From Acidimicrobiia bacterium (GTDB taxonomy: Bacteria; Actinomycetota; Acidimicrobiia; Spongiisociales; ZC4RG35): a stretch of DNA of 64,000 nt. The translations under genes and the position numbers were made by a program. Position 1 is the stretch's first letter. Each line of letters begins with the position of its first letter. The notes below the pieces were generated by a model, which did not search any database, was not told the origin of the DNA, and saw only the letters and a list, made by a program, of their open reading frames with translations. This document shows positions 62,299-64,000 of this stretch, piece after piece. The stretch lies in NCBI GenBank assembly GCA_025937235.1, contig JAICRU010000001.1:7516-71515 (forward strand), written 5' to 3'.

Positions 62299-62576
62299 AA
62301 ACTTGTGAACACGCCCATGTGCACAAACCCTGTGGAAAGCCCCGAATCCTGTTGGTAACCGTCCCCAACGGGTCCGAATCTCACCCTCGGACGGTAGTTG
62401 GCGTTGGTCTGTGTTGCGCGACGCATGGCGCAGGGTCGTTGATTCACCCCCCCTGAAGCCGTACATTCGGCGCAGCGAACGCCCGAGAGGCAGACCGGAG
62501 AACCGTCCGTTCGGGGAAGTGCGGGGGAGACTCTGGTAGGTCACTCGGGCGTTGGCGCGCCCGATTGGCGGCAGCA

Positions 62577-63275
62577 CTAGTCGTGACAGAGGCGGGCGAA
62601 GCGTGTCGCCTGGAGACACGACTGACCCGGGGTCACCGCCCGGTCCGGTGGCACGATCATCGTGGTGGTGGTGGTCGGGGGCAGGGTCGTGGTGGTCGAT
62701 GGGGTGGTCGATGACGGGGAAGCCTGCTGAGCGCCGTCGGAGACAGGAGCGGTAGTCGCCGGCGTGTCTGTCGGTGGAGGGGGCACGGTGGTGTCTGGTG
62801 GTGGGGGTGGTGCGGTGGTGGGTGGCGCCGTGTCACCCTTCTTCATGAACACCACTGTGACGTAGAGGGCCCCGTCGGGGGCGGTGTCGGTCCCGACGCC
62901 CACGTAGTTGTAGTCGCCGAGGATGTTGGCGGCGTGGCCCGAAGAGTTCATGAACGCCGAGTGGAGAGACGTGGGCGACTGGCCGCGGCCTACGTTCTCG
63001 CCCACCCGCGACCAGCCGCTCCCGGCGGCGGCGGCGAGCTCTCCCGAGCTGGAATGGAAGATGTCGCCGGCGGCGATCATCGACGCGGTGTGGTTCCGGG
63101 CGTGGGACTGAAGCCCGCCATCCACCTGCAACGACCCCAGCCCATTGTTGGAACGTGTCGAGTTGATCAGCGACACGAACTCGTTTTCGGACCCTGAATC
63201 GGCTCCGGCGGCCAGGCCAACACCGATCAAGCCGACGACGAGGAGAAGCGACAGCCAAAGCCTCTTTGCGGGCAT
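62577..63275 (-). CDS. Secreted CAP/SCP (PR-1-like) domain protein with Pro/Thr-rich tail
   Basis: Signal peptide, then ...LINSTRSNNGLGSL...HARNHTASMIAAGDIFHSS...GENVG...MNSSGHAANILG..YNYVGVG..., then a PPTTAPPPPPDTTVPPPPTDTP linker. Confidence 0.75.
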   Translation of the reverse strand: MPAKRLWLSLLLVVGLIGVGLAAGADSGSENEFVSLINSTRSNNGLGSLQVDGGLQSHARNHTASMIAAGDIFHSSSGELAAAAGSGWSRVGENVGRGQSPTSLHSAFMNSSGHAANILGDYNYVGVGTDTAPDGALYVTVVFMKKGDTAPPTTAPPPPPDTTVPPPPTDTPATTAPVSDGAQQASPSSTTPSTTTTLPPTTTTTMIVPPDRAVTPGQSCLQATRFARLCHD

Positions 63276-63348
63276 TCATCGGTTATCGGCGTCGGTGGAA
63301 ACTCTCTTTAACCGGCCACCCCAGGAGGCCACAGCTAACAGGTGGCGT

Positions 63349-64000
63349 CTAAATCCCGAACATCACCTCGCGCAGGCTGATGACACTGCTCTCCAGGGTG
63401 ACGGGGTCGAGCTTCATCGAACCGAGCCGTAGTCCCTTCATGCCTTCCCCGGTGTTGGTCATGACTCTCAGCCCGTCCTCCTCATTGGTCAGGATCCCGA
63501 GGCCGAGACAGCCCCCACCTTCGTCCTGAACTCCGACCAGCACGTGATCGAGGCGCCCCAGGTTGAGGCCCATTGGGAGGGTGGGGGCGAATACGGTGGG
63601 GCGCACCTTCCAACGGTCGAGCGGGGGGGCAAGGGCGCGAGCGAAGGCGTCGGTCCGCTTCTGCGCCCGTGCGTCCGGCGACAGCGGCATCACGTTGGGG
63701 TCGGCGGGCGTCACCGTCACCTCGAGACCGAGGAATCGTCGCAGCATCCCGACCACCGGCTCCATCTCACCGCCCCGCTGGAGCGCGATGACCTTGTCGG
63801 GTCGGCACAGCTCGGCCTTGTGGTATTTCAGGGTCTCACCGGCGACCCCCGAGACCACGGCGGTCGTGTCGAGGATCACAAGGTCGGCCATCTCACGAGC
63901 CAGGTCCACCATCGCCGCGGTGGCGACGACCTGTTGAAGGACGAGCCGTGCCGGAGTGATCGTCCCGACGAAGTGGAGCCGATCGGGCGTTCCGATCTCC
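63349..64000 (-). CDS. Clp1/Grc3-like P-loop (polynucleotide kinase family) protein, N-terminus off-window
   Basis: The frame stays open to the window edge. ...LHFVGTITPA... and ...LVILDTTAVVSGVAGETLKYHKAELCRPDKVIALQRGGEMEPV... match the Clp1-family core pattern as I recall it. Confidence 0.5.
   Translation of the reverse strand, partial: EIGTPDRLHFVGTITPARLVLQQVVATAAMVDLAREMADLVILDTTAVVSGVAGETLKYHKAELCRPDKVIALQRGGEMEPVVGMLRRFLGLEVTVTPADPNVMPLSPDARAQKRTDAFARALAPPLDRWKVRPTVFAPTLPMGLNLGRLDHVLVGVQDEGGGCLGLGILTNEEDGLRVMTNTGEGMKGLRLGSMKLDPVTLESSVISLREVMFGI

Noticed and set aside
62330-62400. GGAAAGCCCCGAA segment reminiscent of the RNase P RNA GGAAAGTCCGG motif.
   Set aside because: The region is too short (278 nt), and the other universally conserved RNase P elements (ACAGAA..., GGGTAAGGGTGAAA-like) are absent.
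62640-62830. G-rich repetitive tract (GGTGGTGGTGGTCG..., repeated GGTGGTCGATG) that looked like a tandem repeat or G-quadruplex array.
   Set aside because: It is the antisense of the Pro/Thr-rich linker of the CAP-domain protein (PPTTAPPPPPDTTVPPPPTDTP...TTTTLPPTTTTT). Low-complexity coding sequence explains it.
1-64000. Looked for CRISPR arrays, tRNA/rRNA genes, IS elements, integrases and prophage remnants.
   Set aside because: I saw no regularly spaced direct repeats, no tRNA-like T-arm/acceptor signatures, and no transposase, integrase or phage structural proteins in any frame. The only mobile element I can support is the intein.

Overview
High-GC (about two-thirds G+C by eye) Actinomycetota-type chromosomal segment. 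Supporting traits: LLM/F420-type oxidoreductases, an ECF41 sigma factor, NrdR-box-controlled class II RNR, frequent GTG/TTG starts and many 4-nt ATGA/GTGA/TTGA start-stop overlaps. I count about 60 protein-coding genes and saw no rRNA, tRNA, CRISPR array, transposase or integrase. Content in order: AzlCD and purine permeases; a cell-wall amidase; a small cyclase-domain protein next to decayed sugar-ABC permease remnants; an RRM RNA-binding protein. Then a convergent catabolic block: CocE/NonD hydrolase, FAD oxidoreductase and FrsA-like hydrolase facing a peptide-type ABC importer, an LVIVD beta-propeller and an amidohydrolase. Next an HK/OmpR pair divergent from fasciclin-DM13 genes, and an ECF41 sigma factor with back-to-back TGTCACA-N16-CGTC promoters. 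nrdJ is interrupted by a 400-aa LAGLIDADG intein and preceded by tandem NrdR boxes. Further on: a translationally coupled N-formylglutamate-amidohydrolase / DUF1704 (MATCAP-like, HExxH) / GshB-like ATP-grasp triad; a 1035-aa DUF4062-cyclase-NB-ARC-TPR STAND protein; orphan E1 alpha/beta genes; two sulfite-oxidase-family Mo enzymes; a MoaD(GG)-polytopic-membrane fusion; an M23 peptidase; an RsiG-like protein; asparaginase II; a CAP-domain protein; and a Clp1-like P-loop gene running off the window. Best candidates for an undescribed system: (1) the FGase/MATCAP-like/ATP-grasp triad, a possible C-terminal amino-acid ligation and trimming cycle; (2) the DUF4062-cyclase STAND protein; (3) the MoaD-GG membrane fusion; (4) a recurrent intergenic palindrome, CAATCGATTG, that suggests an unassigned regulon. 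All calls rest on reading the translations and DNA by eye; no database search was run.
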